A stretch of DNA of 64,000 bases. Source: Balanoglossus misakiensis (Eukaryota > Animalia > Hemichordata). Position numbers and translations under genes: made by a program. A model generated the notes under the pieces. That model had not been told where the DNA came from, ran no database searches, and was given only the letters and a program-made list of their open reading frames with translations. Shown here one piece after another: positions 62,401 through 64,000 of this stretch (positions are counted from its first letter, which is position 1; the number at the start of each line of letters is the position of its first letter). Location of the stretch: NCBI GenBank assembly GCA_040954595.2, contig CM082588.2, positions 10,648,844-10,712,843 on the forward strand, written 5' to 3'.

Positions 62401-64000
62401 TATGCGCATAGGCCTATCTATGTATTATGCGCATCACAACAGAATTTTGTAAACAAACGAGGATGTGTTTGGAAGCAACCATGGAAATTTTAGAACTATC
62501 CGTCGATCTACAGAGTCTAGTGAAAAACGTTCTTATGCGCATAGGCCTATCTATGTATTATGCGCATCACAACAGAAATCGCTAAATAAACGAGGCTGTA
62601 TTTGGAAGCAACCATGTAAATTTTACAACTATCCGTCGATCTACGGAGTCTAGTGGAAAAATTTCTTATGCGCATAGGCATATGTATGTGTTCTGCGTCT
62701 CACAACAGAATTCTGTAAATAAACGAGGCTGTTTGGAAGCAACCATGGAAATTTTAGAACTATCCGTCGATCTACAGAGTCTAGTGGAAAACGTTCTTAT
62801 GCGCATAGGCCTATCTATGTATTATGCGCATCACAACAGAATTTTGTAAACAAACGAGGATGTGTTTGGAAGCAACCATGGAAATTTTAGAACTATCCGT
62901 CGATATACAGAGTCTAGTGGAAAACGTTCATATGCGCATAGGCCTCTCTATGTGTTCTGCGCATCACAACAGAATTTTGTAAACAAACGATGCTTTGTTT
63001 GGAAGCAACCATGGAAATTTTAGAACTATCCGTCGATCTACGGAGTCTAGTGGAAAAATTTCTTATGCGCATAGGCATATGTATGTGTTCTACGCATCAC
63101 AACAGAATTCGGTAAATAAACGAGGCTGTTTGGAAACAACCATGGAAATTTTACAACTATCCGTCGATCTACAGAGTCTGGTGGAAAAGTCTCTTATGCG
63201 CATAGGCCTATTACGTGTTCTGCGCCTCACAACAGAATTCGGTAAATAAAAGAGGCTGTTTGGAAGCAACCATGGAAATTTGAGAACTATCCGTCGATCT
63301 ACAGAGTCTAGTGAAAAACGTTCTTATGCGCATAGGCCTATCTATGTATTATGCGCATCACAACAGAAATCGCTAAATAAACGAGGCTGTATTTGGAAGC
63401 AACCATGTAAATTTTACAACTATCCGTCGATCTACGGAGTCTAGTGGAAAAATGTCTTATGCGCATAGGCATATGTATGTGTTCTGCGTCTCACAACAGA
63501 ATTCTGTAAATAAACGAGGCTGTTTGGAAGCAACCATGGAAATTTTAGAACTATCCGTCGATCTACAGAGTCTAGTGGAAAACGTTCTTATGCGCATAGG
63601 CCTATCTATGTATTATGCGCATCACAACAGAATTTTGTAAACAAACGAGGATGTGTTTGGAAGCAACCATGGAAATTTTAGAACTATCCGTCGATATACA
63701 GAGTCTAGTGGAAAACGTTCATATGCGCATAGGCCTCTCTATGTGTTCTGCGCATCACAACAGAATTTTGTAAACAAACGATGCTTTGTTTGGAAGCAAC
63801 CATGGAAATTTAAGAACTATCCGTCGATCTACGGAGTCTAGTGGAAAAATTTCTTATGCGCATAGGCATATGTATGTGTTCTACGCATCACAACAGAATT
63901 CGGTAAATAAACGAGGCTGTTTGGAAACAACCATGGAAATTTTACAACTATCCGTCGATCTACAGAGTCTGGTGGAAAAGTCTCTTATGCGCATAGGCCT
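50498..64000. repeat. Satellite B, ~130-133-bp monomer with higher-order repeats; runs off the window
   Basis: Monomer begins ggaagcaaccatggaaattttagaactatccgtcgatctac; variant blocks recur at offsets 527, 660, 791, 1187, 1583 and 2373 bp. Confidence 0.98.

Noticed and set aside
51158-63841. Repeated MFGSNHGNFRTIRR... and MCLEATMEILEL... ORFs
   Set aside because: They are translations of satellite B monomers with no coding evidence.
10284-64000. CRISPR-like interpretation of the repeat arrays
   Set aside because: No unique spacers, no cas genes, and the context is eukaryotic.

Overview
Repeat-rich eukaryotic DNA, probably from an invertebrate animal (inference from the transposon families), resembling heterochromatin. 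No host gene was found. Layout: (1) 1-10286: two near-identical head-to-tail copies (period 5657-5662 bp) of a tyrosine-recombinase retrotransposon with split direct repeats (Ngaro-type), inserted at an ATT in a 78-bp satellite. (2) The 78-bp satellite (10284-14215 and 30721-38476) is split by a complete 16.5-kb minus-strand Helentron. It encodes an open ~2550-aa protein (tegument-type deubiquitinase, 21-aa repeats, HUH Rep, PIF1 helicase, EEP endonuclease) and a 4-exon RPA70-like ssDNA-binding gene that the ORF track does not assemble. (3) 38.5-50.5 kb: decayed elements, including a non-autonomous HINE with the same Helentron ends, a Gypsy integrase fragment, a second diverged Ngaro-type family and an L1/Tx1-type LINE 3' end. 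(4) 50.5-64 kb: a ~132-bp satellite with higher-order repeats. The strongest inferences are a phase-1 splice donor/acceptor pair, conserved in both retrotransposon families, that would remove RT/RNase H and fuse the ORF1 N-terminus to the recombinase, and the spliced RPA70-like cargo gene. All calls come from reading the sequence by eye; no searches were run.
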